A DNA stretch of 64,000 nucleotides from an uncultured Acidobacteriota bacterium (lineage in GTDB: Bacteria; Acidobacteriota; Terriglobia; Acidiferrales; UBA7541), in assembly GCA_963797765.1 (NCBI GenBank), contig CAWCQU010000004.1:444094-508093 (forward strand). The letters are read 5' to 3'. Shown here piece by piece: positions 28,307 through 38,007 of this stretch. The first letter of the stretch is position 1; each line of letters starts with the position of its first letter. The translations under genes were made by a program, and so were the position numbers. The notes under the pieces are model-generated. The model had not been told where the DNA came from. It searched no databases and saw only the letters and a program-made list of their open reading frames with translations.

Positions 28307-29452
28307 CTAATAACTTTTCAAAACCCAGGAAGCGATGACCAGGCGCTGAATTTCGCTGGTGCCTTCATAAATTTCGGTGATGCGCGCGTCGCGATAATTT
28401 CGCTCGACCGGATATTCCTGGCTGTAACCGTTGCCGCCGTGGATTTGAATGGCTTTGTGAGTGACGCGCGTGGACATTTCGCTGGCGAAAAGTTTCGCGC
28501 TGGCGGCTTCCATAGTGAAGCGCGCGCCGGCATCCTGTTTCCAGGCCGCTTTGCGAGCCAGCAGGCGGGCCGCTTCAATTTCAGTGGACATATCGGCGAG
28601 CATGAATTGAATGGCTTGAAAATCGAAGATGGGATGGCCGAAGGCTTGGCGTTCCTGCGAATATTTCAATGCCGCTTCGAACGCGCCTTGAGCGATGCCG
28701 ATAGCCTGCGAAGCGATACCGACGCGCCCGCCATCGAGAGTTGACAACGCGACTTTGTAGCCTTCGCCTTCGTTGCCGATTCGATTTGTAGCGGGAACTT
28801 CGCAATCGTTGAAGACAAGCTCGGTGCAGGCGCTGGCGTGAATGCCAAGTTTCTTTTCTTCTTTTCCGACAGCGAATCCCGGCGTACCTTTTTCCACCAC
28901 CAACGCCGTGATTCCTTTCTCTCCTTTTTCGGGATGCGTGTTCACGTAGACGATGGCGGCATCGGCAGCTCCGCCGTTGGTGATCCAGGCTTTTGTGCCG
29001 TTGATTACGTAGCGATCGCCTTTGAGAACGGCCTTGGTGCGGAGCGCGGCGGCGTTCGATCCAGCTTGCGGTTCGGTGAGCGCGTAGCATCCGATTTTTT
29101 CGCCGCGCGCGTAGGGCAGCAGAAATTTCTCTTTTTGCTCGGCGGTGCCGAAGCGATGGATCGGATCGCAGTACAGTGAATTCTGCACCGAAAGAATGAC
29201 TGAGGTGGAAGCACAGACGCGGGCGATTTCTTCAATGACGATGGTGTAGCTGATGTGGTCCATTCCCGCGCCGCCTTCTTCTTCGGGGAACGGCACGCCG
29301 GTCAGGCCGAGTTCGGCGGCTTTGTGGAAAAGGTCAAAGGGGAAATGGCCTTTTTCGTCAAGCTCGCGCGCGCGCGGCTTTACTTCGGCTTCAGCGAACT
29401 CGCGGACGCTGCGCTGGAGGAGTTGCTGTTCTTCGGTAAGGTCGAGATTCAA
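28307..29452 (-). CDS. acyl-CoA dehydrogenase; TTG start at 29452 preceded by GGAAGGAG
   Basis: LNLDLTEEQQLL...AELGLTG..., the catalytic region, and the C-terminal ...YEGTSEIQRLVIA. Confidence 0.9.
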   Translation of the reverse strand: MNLDLTEEQQLLQRSVREFAEAEVKPRARELDEKGHFPFDLFHKAAELGLTGVPFPEEEGGAGMDHISYTIVIEEIARVCASTSVILSVQNSLYCDPIHRFGTAEQKEKFLLPYARGEKIGCYALTEPQAGSNAAALRTKAVLKGDRYVINGTKAWITNGGAADAAIVYVNTHPEKGEKGITALVVEKGTPGFAVGKEEKKLGIHASACTELVFNDCEVPATNRIGNEGEGYKVALSTLDGGRVGIASQAIGIAQGAFEAALKYSQERQAFGHPIFDFQAIQFMLADMSTEIEAARLLARKAAWKQDAGARFTMEAASAKLFASEMSTRVTHKAIQIHGGNGYSQEYPVERNYRDARITEIYEGTSEIQRLVIASWVLKSY

Positions 29453-30230
29453 TTTATAGCTCCTTCCATTTGAGTGCTGGAGGGTGCGAGAGCGGAATTT
29501 TGATGGAGGTCGGAGCAAAAAACGGGAGTCGAAAAAGGCTCTCGAAAACAGACGATATAGGAGCGATTAGAAAACTGTATCTCGTTGAATTTTCGGATAG
29601 TTGCGGCTGTGCGACAGTGGTTGCTTCTGGCGATTAGCCAGGCGATTAGAAATGGGCGGCTTCGCATGTGATTGACCCGGGAAACTTCACTCGCAGAATG
29701 CATCCCATGATGGCTGCGTCGCGACTTAGCTTCCGCATTACTGGAAGCATATTCCGGAAAAGAAACGCCGCAGAATCCCAGAGAGCCACTGTTGGTAAGG
29801 TGAAACGGACTGTGGAAACTCTCTGTTTTTTGACCGTTCGGAATCTCCGCAGCAGGATTCTTTGCAAAGAAGATATTTTCGTTGATCGTATCAAACGCCG
29901 CAAACATATAACGGCAAGGGGGTTTATGGCCTTTTTGAGAGATATCAGTGCAAATCCCCCGGCCGTTTTTCGCAGCTGCTGTTGGCGCCGCAAGCATGAA
30001 ACCTTCTCCAAATTCCCAACATAACAGTGTACCACGCGAGTGCAAGCGACACGGTTTCACGGACGCTACGCGAGCAGGCTTCTCCGCCCCCTGGGCGGCG
30101 CAGCCGGACGCAGCCATTTTGGTTGTTTCACCGGCGATTTATAGAGACGAAACTGGTTCGCGAATTGTGGCTCGGTTGACAGGAAGCAGCAGAAAATTGA
30201 AGTTGTGATGCAAGCACGGGAGAATTCGAG

Positions 30231-30731
30231 ATGAATGTGGAATTGGTGATTGCTGCGGCTACTGATGAGGAGCGTGAGTGGGCAGCGCGCTTGATGGCGG
30301 GAACTGATCCGTGGATCCGGTTGGGGAGGGATTTGGAGCGGTGCCGAGTGGTTTGCAATGACCGCGAGGATTTATTGTACATCGCACATTTGAAGGATGA
30401 GGCTTGCGGGTTTTTGTTGATGCGGAGGCGCGGGGTGGCGGGGGCTCCTTATATTGTTTCGCTGGCTGTGCGAGAGGATTTGCGGGGGACGGGAGTGGGA
30501 TCGAGGATGCTGGAATTTGCGGAGGATTTTTTTCGGGGGGAGTCGCGGAATATTTTTATTTGCGTGTCTTCGTTCAATGGGAGGGCGCGGGAGTTGTATG
30601 AGCGATTGGGATATTTAGTGGTGGGGGAGTTTAAGGATTACATTGTTGACGGGGAGTCGGAGTTTTTGTTGTGGAAAGGGCTTTACCGCAGAGACGCTGA
30701 GGGCGCGGACGGAAGGAGAACGGGAAGATGA
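30231..30731 (+). CDS. GNAT family N-acetyltransferase with atypical codon usage (G/T-ending codons)
   Basis: Acetyl-CoA binding motif VSLAVREDLRGTGVGSRML. Codons GGG/GTG/TTG/GAG/TTT dominate, unlike the GC3-rich neighbours. Confidence 0.75.
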   Translation: MNVELVIAAATDEEREWAARLMAGTDPWIRLGRDLERCRVVCNDREDLLYIAHLKDEACGFLLMRRRGVAGAPYIVSLAVREDLRGTGVGSRMLEFAEDFFRGESRNIFICVSSFNGRARELYERLGYLVVGEFKDYIVDGESEFLLWKGLYRRDAEGADGRRTGR

Positions 30732-30895
30732 TTCGGGGGGGGCGGAAGAAAAAAAAGAAAGAAAGAAAAGGAACCGGAGAGATTCTTCGGGCCGGTCTTC
30801 GGCCCTCAAAATGACAATGGTGGGATTTTTGCGGGATGCCATTAAGGCTGGGAGTGCCCTTGAGATTGGAGTAGGTGGGACAGCCTAAAGGCCGT

Positions 30896-30946
30896 CCCCA
30901 CTAAAAACTTGGAGCCTCGCCTGCCGGCATCGGCGGGCGAGGCTCT
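30896..30946 (-). terminator. Terminator for the SPFH gene: GAGCCTCGCC-N11-GGCGAGGCTC then CAAGTTTTTAG, followed by a second GTGGGGACGGCC/GGCTGTCCCAC hairpin
   Basis: 10-bp perfect stem immediately after the stop codon at 30947-30949, with a T5 run downstream on the minus strand. Confidence 0.6.
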
Positions 30947-33055
30947 TTAGGTGAGTGGCCGCGGAGATTGGTTAATCGCGGGGTGGTAGGATATTTGCTG
31001 GTTTAATTTTGTCGGCCTCGTTTGTGGCCGCGGTTGCTGTTGGTGATGGTTCGGGCTTGGCGGCTGCGCCGCTGCTGCCCGGATGGTGGGTGCGCTGCCA
31101 TTACCGCCACCGTTGTTTAGGAAGCGCATGGCGGCGGAGGCCAGGCCGTCGAGTGCGCCGCCGCTGCCCGAGCTGGTCACCAGGATGTCTGGGACGAACT
31201 TGGCACGGCCTTCGGCTAACGCTGATACTACGTTTACGATGGCTGTGGCGTTGGAGCCCAGTGCTTCGACCTGGGCTCGGTAGCCGCGGGCGCGAGCGAG
31301 GCCGATCGCCTCGACTTCGGCTCCACGGGCCGTGCCGGTCTGGCGGATGAATTCGGCTTCGCCAGCAGCTTCGGCGGTGCGGGCGTCGGCGTTATTTCTT
31401 TTGATGTCGATGCCGACTTTGGAACGGGCCAGATCGGCTTGCATATCGGCTGTGCCCTTGGCGCGCTCCATTTCGATGCGTTCATCCTGCGAGGCTCGTT
31501 GTTTGCGGAACGTTTCGATTTCCTGATTGGCGATTTCGCGGTGGGTCAGAACGATGACCATGTCCTCCGGCAGGATCACGTCCTGAATGTAAACGCCCTT
31601 GGTTTCCACCTGATATTGCTCAAGCTGCTGCCGGATGTGGGAGAAAGCATCCTCCTGCACCTGGCGGCGCGTCTCGATGAAGCGAATCGCGGGCATGCTT
31701 TGCAAGGTGTCGCGGAAATGATTGCCGACGGCGGCCTGCAAGACTTCGTTGACCAGGTTCTTCATGGTGCCGACCATCGAAATAACGCGCGGCGCCTTGG
31801 TATCGGGCACATGGATCTGCACCTGCAAATCGATCTTGAAGACGAATCCCTCCTTGCTCTTGGCGACGATTTGCTGCAGTTGCTTATCGAGATTATGCGC
31901 TTCGGAAACCGCGTCGGCCCAGTTCAGATTCAGGATCGCGGTCGGCACGATTTCCGGCTCGTAACAGCGCGGGTTGAGTGGATACTTCCCGGTGCGCAGC
32001 GGTTCCTGCCAGATGCCGCGGTGTCCGGGATGAACCAGCGAGCCATATTTGAAATCGGTTCCTGAAGTATCCTCCGTGGGCAGGCCAACGTAAGCCTTGA
32101 TCACGGCAACTTCGCCTTGATTGACGACGAGCATCGGAACGAGTTCGACGCTGACGAGAAACGGATTCAAGGCGTAGGCGCCGTAGAGCAACGGATCGTG
32201 CTGCAAACCAATGCGGCCGCCGTTATCCAGGAAGGCCTGGAAATCCTGGTAATTGTTGTGGAGATGATTTTTGTTTCCGAGCAAGCGCTCGATCACTTCG
32301 GCGTCGCCGGCTTTTTTGCTTTCCATTTCGGAAACGTCAGCGAAACCGCCGAGACGGCTGGCGATGTCTCCCGAAGGCAGAGGGTCGCCTTCGTAAGTGG
32401 TGACGATGCCGATGGAGTCGAAGGTGAGACTGTCCTTGGCCACGCGCGGCTGAGGCTCGATGCGCTTCAATTCCAGCTGATCGGGACGAAGGCCGAGCGC
32501 CTCGGGAGTAAGGCGAGTGGTCCTGCCCATCTTGGCGCGTAATTCGGGAGAGACGGGGAGGCCGTAAACCTGGCTGCGGGTGATGACCATAAATCCCACC
32601 GGATGAATCGGAACCAGAGTTCCGGGAGGAAGCACGGGCCGCTGCACACCTTTTTGGCCGCCCAGCTGAACGAAGCTGCGCAGGTTGGAGAAATTAGCGA
32701 ATTCCTTGCGATAGACAGCGGACTTCGCGCCGATCGGAAGGGACTGGCCGACCTGGGCGATGACCACTCCGATTTCGCCGGCGGGGATTTGCACCCAGGG
32801 ATATTTTTCGACGGAATAGGTGTAGCACAACTTCCAACGCAGTCCGGGCATTAGAAGATCGGCCTGGTAGCCGGGCTCTCCATCGAAAGCGATGGGATTA
32901 TCCTTCGAGAGCTTCTTCCACGAGAATCGCTTGGTGACTAGGCCCACTTCCGTGGGGCCGATTCTGTGGATGGAAGCGAGGATCGTGTAAAGAAACACGA
33001 ACAACACCACAACCGCGAGCAACGTGATGGAACTGAACAGTGTGTCGCTAAACAT
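30947..33055 (-). CDS. SPFH/band-7 (flotillin / YqiK-like) membrane protein with a large N-terminal region
   Basis: N-terminal TM (ITLLAVVVLFVFLYTILA), then a flotillin-like PHB plus coiled-coil (...IETRRQVQEDAF...EIETFRKQRASQDERIEMERAKGTADMQADLARSK...EAAGEAEFIRQTGTARGAEVEAIGLARARGY). Confidence 0.75.
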   Translation of the reverse strand: MFSDTLFSSITLLAVVVLFVFLYTILASIHRIGPTEVGLVTKRFSWKKLSKDNPIAFDGEPGYQADLLMPGLRWKLCYTYSVEKYPWVQIPAGEIGVVIAQVGQSLPIGAKSAVYRKEFANFSNLRSFVQLGGQKGVQRPVLPPGTLVPIHPVGFMVITRSQVYGLPVSPELRAKMGRTTRLTPEALGLRPDQLELKRIEPQPRVAKDSLTFDSIGIVTTYEGDPLPSGDIASRLGGFADVSEMESKKAGDAEVIERLLGNKNHLHNNYQDFQAFLDNGGRIGLQHDPLLYGAYALNPFLVSVELVPMLVVNQGEVAVIKAYVGLPTEDTSGTDFKYGSLVHPGHRGIWQEPLRTGKYPLNPRCYEPEIVPTAILNLNWADAVSEAHNLDKQLQQIVAKSKEGFVFKIDLQVQIHVPDTKAPRVISMVGTMKNLVNEVLQAAVGNHFRDTLQSMPAIRFIETRRQVQEDAFSHIRQQLEQYQVETKGVYIQDVILPEDMVIVLTHREIANQEIETFRKQRASQDERIEMERAKGTADMQADLARSKVGIDIKRNNADARTAEAAGEAEFIRQTGTARGAEVEAIGLARARGYRAQVEALGSNATAIVNVVSALAEGRAKFVPDILVTSSGSGGALDGLASAAMRFLNNGGGNGSAPTIRAAAAQPPSPNHHQQQPRPQTRPTKLNQQISYHPAINQSPRPLT

Positions 33056-33329
33056 AAAATTTTTCTCCGCTGGTGCGGGCACACTTCCACGCCCGCCGTC
33101 TGCCGCGCGCTCGCCGGGGTATAACATGGAACGCCTTGAGCAGGCGCGCGAATTCCTTCATCAGAACTGGGTGATGTGTGGAAAACGGTTGGAGCTAGTT
33201 TTTGGTGTGGGCCCTCGCAAGCCCGAATGCGGCGCGCGACGCTTCTAGGACAAACGTGCGCGGCGCGGACCTGAGATACTCTGCTCAATTATCGGATGCA
33301 GGCGTCTGGGGAAGGATTCGGGAATCGAA

Positions 33330-33450
33330 TGGTAATGGTAGTACCAAGATTTGTTACGTAAGTGATTTGTTATGTTTGTGGGATGTTCGTGAAGTAGGGG
33401 GAGTTCGTTTTTACCGCAGAGACGCAGAGGTCGCCGACGGAGAGTGAATG
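33330..33450 (+). pseudogene. Degenerate duplicate of the GNAT gene 3' end, about 110 nt, matching 30620-30725
   Basis: Nucleotide similarity (TTACCGCAGAGACGCAGAGGTCGCCGACGGAG versus TTACCGCAGAGACGCTGAGGGCGCGGACGGAAGG). Translated match ...YVSDLLCLWDVREVGGVRFYRRDAEVADGE versus ...YIVDGESEFLLWKGLYRRDAEGADG. Confidence 0.5.
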
Positions 33451-33454
33451 GAGC

Positions 33455-33505
33455 GCGGGCGAGGCCCTTCGAGGCTCAGGATAGACGGAAGCCGGCTCCT
33501 ACAAC
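33455..33505. repeat. Mosaic repeat module R1 (GGGCGAGGCCCTTCGAGGCTCAGGATAGA ... GGAAGCCGGCTCCTACAA)
   Basis: Related to 39624-39670 and 50115-50205. Overlaps the HIT gene stop codon. Confidence 0.45.
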
Positions 33506-33993
33506 TGCACTGTGAGGGCGCGGTGGAGTTTTTCGTAGGTGGTGGGGAGGTCTTCTGGTTCCATGCGGGTTTCGGCGATTGTGGTCATGAAATTGGCGTC
33601 GCCATTCCAGCGGGGTAGGACGTGGAGATGCAGGTGGCCGGTTACGCCTGCGCCTGCCGAGCGGCCTAGATTCATACCGAGGTTGAAACCGTTGGGTTGG
33701 TAGATTTCGGCCAGGGCGGCTTGGACTCGTTGGGCCAGGCGGATATTTTCGCACATGGTGTCGGGATCGGCGGCGGCGAAATCGGAGATGTGGGCGTAGG
33801 GAACGATCATTACGTGGCCGGTGGTGTAAGGAAAGCGATTGAGGATAATGAAATTTTTTTCGGCGCGCAGGACGATCTGAGTACGGACGTCGTCATTGAG
33901 AGCGATGGCGTCGCAAAAAATGCAGCGGTCGCCGTCGTCTTTTTTGGCTTCCGCGATGTAGCGGTAGCGCCAGGGAGTCCAGAGGAAGTCCAT
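33499..33993 (-). CDS. HIT family hydrolase
   Basis: HLHLHVLPR histidine triad. Confidence 0.85.
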   Translation of the reverse strand: MDFLWTPWRYRYIAEAKKDDGDRCIFCDAIALNDDVRTQIVLRAEKNFIILNRFPYTTGHVMIVPYAHISDFAAADPDTMCENIRLAQRVQAALAEIYQPNGFNLGMNLGRSAGAGVTGHLHLHVLPRWNGDANFMTTIAETRMEPEDLPTTYEKLHRALTVQL

Positions 33994-34004
33994 CCCTTTG
34001 GAGG

Positions 34005-34361
34005 TCAGCTCCGGGGAGATTCGCCGGCGGGAGGCGGAGTGGGCGGAGGCGGAGCTGCTTCCGCGGCTTTGGCGATGTTGACGAAATCTTTTAATTCCTT
34101 GCTGGGCTTGAAGAAGGGAATTTTCTTCGGCGGAACGTCGACTTTGGCGCCGGTCTTGGGATTGCGGCCGATGCGGCCGCGGCGCTGGCGAGTGCGGAAG
34201 CTGCCGAAGCCGCGAATTTCGATTTTGTCGCTGTGCTGCAGCGCTTGAATGATGGAGTCGAAAATGGTTTCGACGACCATTTCGGATTCCTTGCGCGGCA
34301 ATTCGGTAACCTTGGTCACTTCCTCGACCAAGTCAGCCTTCGTCATGGTGTGCTCAGTCAT
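34005..34361 (-). CDS. ihfB: IHF/HU family DNA-binding protein (IHF-beta-like) with a Pro-rich tail
   Basis: ..GFGSFRTRQRRGRIGRNPKTGAKVDVPPKKIPFFKPSKELKD.. arm motif. Directly downstream of rpsA, as in E. coli rpsA-ihfB. Confidence 0.7.
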   Translation of the reverse strand: MTEHTMTKADLVEEVTKVTELPRKESEMVVETIFDSIIQALQHSDKIEIRGFGSFRTRQRRGRIGRNPKTGAKVDVPPKKIPFFKPSKELKDFVNIAKAAEAAPPPPTPPPAGESPRS

Positions 34362-34600
34362 TGCTCTCGGCTCCTCGCGAGACTGCGCGGATTAGCGCGC
34401 GAAAATCACCGTTCCGGGCTGGTGCAGAACCGGTGGGGCGATGGACTGCCTGTGCATATCACTAATCTGCCTGCAAGGTAAATGAAATTTACGAGCGGCG
34501 GGTTCCGGCGGCACACAAGGTTGAAGGTGCAAACCGCCGCAACGCTCCTTCTGATCGGAAGCTTCAGGGGCTAAAGCCCGCTTCTCTTGCAAACGCAAAT

Positions 34601-34632
34601 GTCGGAGCTAAAGCTCCGACCCCCTAAGAACC
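34601..34632. repeat. Conserved motif copy S2: GTCGGAGCtaaaGCTCCGAC hairpin plus CCCCTAAGAACC
   Basis: Between rpsA and ihfB. Shares the AAGCTCCGACCCCCTAAGAAC core. Confidence 0.5.
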
Positions 34633-34713
34633 TGGGCTAATCTCAAATCGGGACCCCATTCAAATTCGGGTGCTGTACAAACTCCAAATGCTGAGACACG
34701 CAGCAGGGACAAG

Positions 34714-36762
34714 CTAAGAGGTCCCCCGCTTGGCCATAATGGCATCACCGATGGTTGCATTGGGCGACGACTTGGAGGAACGATACTCTTCCATGTCGCG
34801 GCGTTCGACCTGCTTTACGGCGGCGCGATAGCTCAAACTGATCTTGTGCTGGTCCTTATCCAGACGGATTACTTTGAAATCGTATTCCTGGCCAGGTTCG
34901 AGCTTTGTGGCGGACGATTTGCCGGCGCCGCCGCGAGGCTGATTCTGCTGTTGCTGGCGATCACCCTTGTGCTTGCGCTCTTCGATTTCGGAAATGTGGC
35001 AGAGGCCTTCGATACCTTCGGCCAAGGTGATGAAGACGCCGAATTCAGCGGCGCGGGCGACTTTGCCGCGGACCACGTCATTCAACTTATGGGATTGGAA
35101 CCAATTGGCCCAAATGTCGTTGAGCTGCTTGATGCCGAGAGAGAGGCGGCGATGCTCGGCATCTACTTTGATGACCTTGGCTTCGACCGTGTCACCCTTT
35201 TTGAATTTTTCGCTGGGGTGTTTGATGCGTTCGGTCCAGCTCATATCGCTGATGTGGATGAGGCCTTCGACACCTTCTTCGATTTCGACGAAGGCGCCGA
35301 ATTCGGTCATATTGCGGACGCGGCCGGTGACGACCGTGCCGGCGGGATATTTATCGACTACATCCTGCCAGGGATCGGGCGAAGTTTGTTTCAGGCCGAG
35401 CGAAATGCGGTGCTGATCGGGCTTCACTTCGAGGACCACGACGTCCACTTCGTCGCCCGCGTTGACGATTTTCGAAGGATGCTTCATGCGCTTCGACCAG
35501 CTCATTTCGCTGACGTGGACCAAACCTTCGACGCCCGGTTCGAGCTGGACGAACGCGCCGTAATCGGTGACGCCGACTACTTTACCCTTCAGGCGAGTGC
35601 CCACCGCGAAACGCTCGGGGACCGTGGCCCAGGGATCTTCCAGAAGTTGTTTGCGGCCGAGCGAGATGCGCATTTTTTCGCGGTCGAATTTCAGGACTTT
35701 GACCTGGATATCGTCGCCGGGCTTGACAACTTCTGAAGGGTGCTTGACGCGTCCCCAGACGAGATCGCTGATGTGCAGCAGGCCGTCCAGTCCGCCGAGA
35801 TCGACGAAGACGCCGTAATCAGTGACGTTTTTTACTTTGCCTGTAGTAACCGCGCCTTCGGAAATGGTTGAGAGCAGAGCCTCGCGCTGGGTTTTTAACT
35901 CTTCTTCGAGAATCGCGCGGCGGCTGACCACTACGTTGCCGCGCTTGCGATTTACTTTGAGGACGCGACAGGTGATTTCTTTTCCCTTCCAGGCGTCGAG
36001 ATCATGTGTGGGGCGCACGTCCAGCTGAGAGGCGGGCAAAAATGCCCGAAGGCCGATATCGACGACCAGGCCGCCTTTGATGCGATCCACCGCGCGGCCG
36101 GTGATGGTGGTGTGGTCGCGATAGGATTTTTCAATATTCTCCCAGACGCGGCGGCGGCGGGCGCGCACATGCGACAAGATCACGTAGCCATCTTTGTGTT
36201 CGTGAGTGCGCTCGACTTCAATGGTCTGGCCGGACTGGAAGGGGATGCCGCCGAATTCGACAAATTCCTGGGCGGGGACCAGGCCTTCCGTTTTGGCGCC
36301 GAAATCCACGACCACGCCGTGCTCATTCACCGCGACTACATGGCCCTCAATTGTTTCGCCTTCCGTTGGCGCTGCTTGGGGCTCGGAATACTGCTCAATC
36401 AACTGCTCCATCTGCTCATTGGACTCGGAGGTGTCAGCCGAATCAGCATGCTCGGGCGGCGCGGGTGCGACGGAATCAGCCACGGCAGCGGCAGAGGAAG
36501 ATTCGACGGACGGGGCTGGATGAATTTCGGCTTGGGCGGAGGGATCGAGTTCGGTGGAACGCGGTTCGGAGTGTTCCGTATCGGCAACCGCAGCTTGAGC
36601 AGAGTCGTGATGGTGGTCCGATGGATTCTCGACGGCGCCGGAGCCGGGTTCGGTAGCGACGGCGGTAGCAGCGGCGGCCATAGCCGGGGCTACGGAGGCA
36701 GTGGCGCCCAAATCGGCGGCTGCGGAAAGTTGTTGGTCTTGGTTTTCCATCTCTGGCAGCAT
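34714..36762 (-). CDS. rpsA: 30S ribosomal protein S1 (six S1 domains) with an acidic/Ala-rich N-terminal extension of about 150 aa
   Basis: Six S1 repeats (GHVVAVNEHGVVVDFG..., ...). Start assigned to ATG 36762 (GGGGAG, 7 nt, ATG); the ORF track start at 36819 is also possible. Confidence 0.9.
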   Translation of the reverse strand: MLPEMENQDQQLSAAADLGATASVAPAMAAAATAVATEPGSGAVENPSDHHHDSAQAAVADTEHSEPRSTELDPSAQAEIHPAPSVESSSAAAVADSVAPAPPEHADSADTSESNEQMEQLIEQYSEPQAAPTEGETIEGHVVAVNEHGVVVDFGAKTEGLVPAQEFVEFGGIPFQSGQTIEVERTHEHKDGYVILSHVRARRRRVWENIEKSYRDHTTITGRAVDRIKGGLVVDIGLRAFLPASQLDVRPTHDLDAWKGKEITCRVLKVNRKRGNVVVSRRAILEEELKTQREALLSTISEGAVTTGKVKNVTDYGVFVDLGGLDGLLHISDLVWGRVKHPSEVVKPGDDIQVKVLKFDREKMRISLGRKQLLEDPWATVPERFAVGTRLKGKVVGVTDYGAFVQLEPGVEGLVHVSEMSWSKRMKHPSKIVNAGDEVDVVVLEVKPDQHRISLGLKQTSPDPWQDVVDKYPAGTVVTGRVRNMTEFGAFVEIEEGVEGLIHISDMSWTERIKHPSEKFKKGDTVEAKVIKVDAEHRRLSLGIKQLNDIWANWFQSHKLNDVVRGKVARAAEFGVFITLAEGIEGLCHISEIEERKHKGDRQQQQNQPRGGAGKSSATKLEPGQEYDFKVIRLDKDQHKISLSYRAAVKQVERRDMEEYRSSKSSPNATIGDAIMAKRGTS

Positions 36763-36877
36763 CGAAATTCTCCCCGCGGTCTCGACTGTTCGCCGCGGAT
36801 ACTTCCTCGAAGATTCCACCCCTGAGGGATAGAGGGAAACGGGGATCCAGCGGCAGTAATGAATGATCTCGACACGG

Positions 36878-36907
36878 ATGATACGCGCCCGTGCGAGGGG
36901 TTGTCAA
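36878..36907 (-). promoter_or_regulatory. putative rpsA promoter TTGACA-N18-TATCAT
   Basis: Minus strand cgTTGACAacccctcgcacgggcgcgTATCATccg, about 110 nt upstream of the start. Confidence 0.45.
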
Positions 36908-36946
36908 CGGTACGGCCTGTGGAGTTTTGGATGGCAGGAGCGGCTA

Positions 36947-37852
36947 TTAGGCGCGAAAACGGCTGGCCTGGCGGATCTCCTTGCGGTAATCGGGCGCGGC
37001 CATTTCGATGGTGCGGCACATTTCATAGAGGCGGGAGCGAATGCGCTTGCCAATCCGATCGGTGAGGGAATCTTCGATGGCGGACGGGCGGCTGGAAGAA
37101 GATTGCGGAGCGGCGGCGGGATCGCCGTCGAGAAAATTAGTTGTGATTATGGTGATGCGCTTTTCGTTATAGCGGGTGTTTAAGATGTGGCCGACGGTTT
37201 CGAGGGCCCACGGGGATGGTTTGCTGGCTCCCAGATCGTCGAGCAACAGCACATCGGTGGTGAGGACAGGCTCAAGGACACCCATTTCGGTGGCTTGGTT
37301 TACCGGACTGTAGCTGGCCTGAATTTCCTTGAGCAGTTCGCGATAGTCGTAAAAAAGTCCGGTATGCCCGCGCAAGACGATCTGGCGCAGAGCGGCGACG
37401 GCCAGATGAGTTTTACCGATGCCGCACGAGCCCATCAAGAGCAAACCATGCTCGACGCCGACTGGAAAATCGCGCGCGAAACCTTCCACAACCAGCTTGG
37501 CTTGCGCCAGGCTGCGATTCCAGTTTGCTACTTCTTTTTGGGCGTCATGATCGTACTGTAAATCGGTGTCAAAACTTTCGAAGTCGCAATGAAGATAGCG
37601 CTGCGGAAGGCGAGTTCGTTCGAGCGTTCTTGAGTCGCGGTCTTCCGCTCCGCAATCGCAACGAACTGCGATGCGCGGCGCGCCTTGGGAAAATCCTGGC
37701 TTAGGATCGAGTACGAAAGCTTTGACGCCGTCGTCTTCAGCCCGTTTGGCGGCCGCTGCGGGAACGGGATGTTGAGATGCGGGGACGGAAACTTCGCCTT
37801 CGACAATTTTCCAACCCATGCCGCCGCACAAAGGACAATCGGGTCGCGCCAT
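36947..37852 (-). CDS. DnaC/IstB-family AAA+ ATPase with an N-terminal Cys4 zinc ribbon (putative helicase loader); no transposase nearby
   Basis: CPLCGG...CDCG; Walker A GSCGIGKTHLAVA; Walker B VLLLDDLG; ITIITTN. Confidence 0.65.
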   Translation of the reverse strand: MARPDCPLCGGMGWKIVEGEVSVPASQHPVPAAAAKRAEDDGVKAFVLDPKPGFSQGAPRIAVRCDCGAEDRDSRTLERTRLPQRYLHCDFESFDTDLQYDHDAQKEVANWNRSLAQAKLVVEGFARDFPVGVEHGLLLMGSCGIGKTHLAVAALRQIVLRGHTGLFYDYRELLKEIQASYSPVNQATEMGVLEPVLTTDVLLLDDLGASKPSPWALETVGHILNTRYNEKRITIITTNFLDGDPAAAPQSSSSRPSAIEDSLTDRIGKRIRSRLYEMCRTIEMAAPDYRKEIRQASRFRA

Positions 37853-38007
37853 GAAGCAAGCATAGGCGGCTCGTGGTTCCGACGCAAGTTGACTGGGCTG
37901 TGCAAGGCTGTGCGTCCTGTGGATAAGGGGAGGGACCTCGAACTTATCTTTCTGTGAAGTTAACGGAATTCACGGGATATTTTTGAACTTGCCGGCCCGA
38001 ATTTAGT

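Noticed and set aside
34846-36825. Plus-strand ORFs opposite rpsA (34846..35736, 36004..36825)
   Set aside because: Antisense to the six-S1-domain gene.
36947-37852. The DnaC/IstB-like ATPase as part of an IS21-family insertion sequence
   Set aside because: No IstA transposase, no inverted repeats, and no composition shift. The N-terminal zinc ribbon and the chromosomal context next to rpsA fit a helicase-loader-type gene instead.
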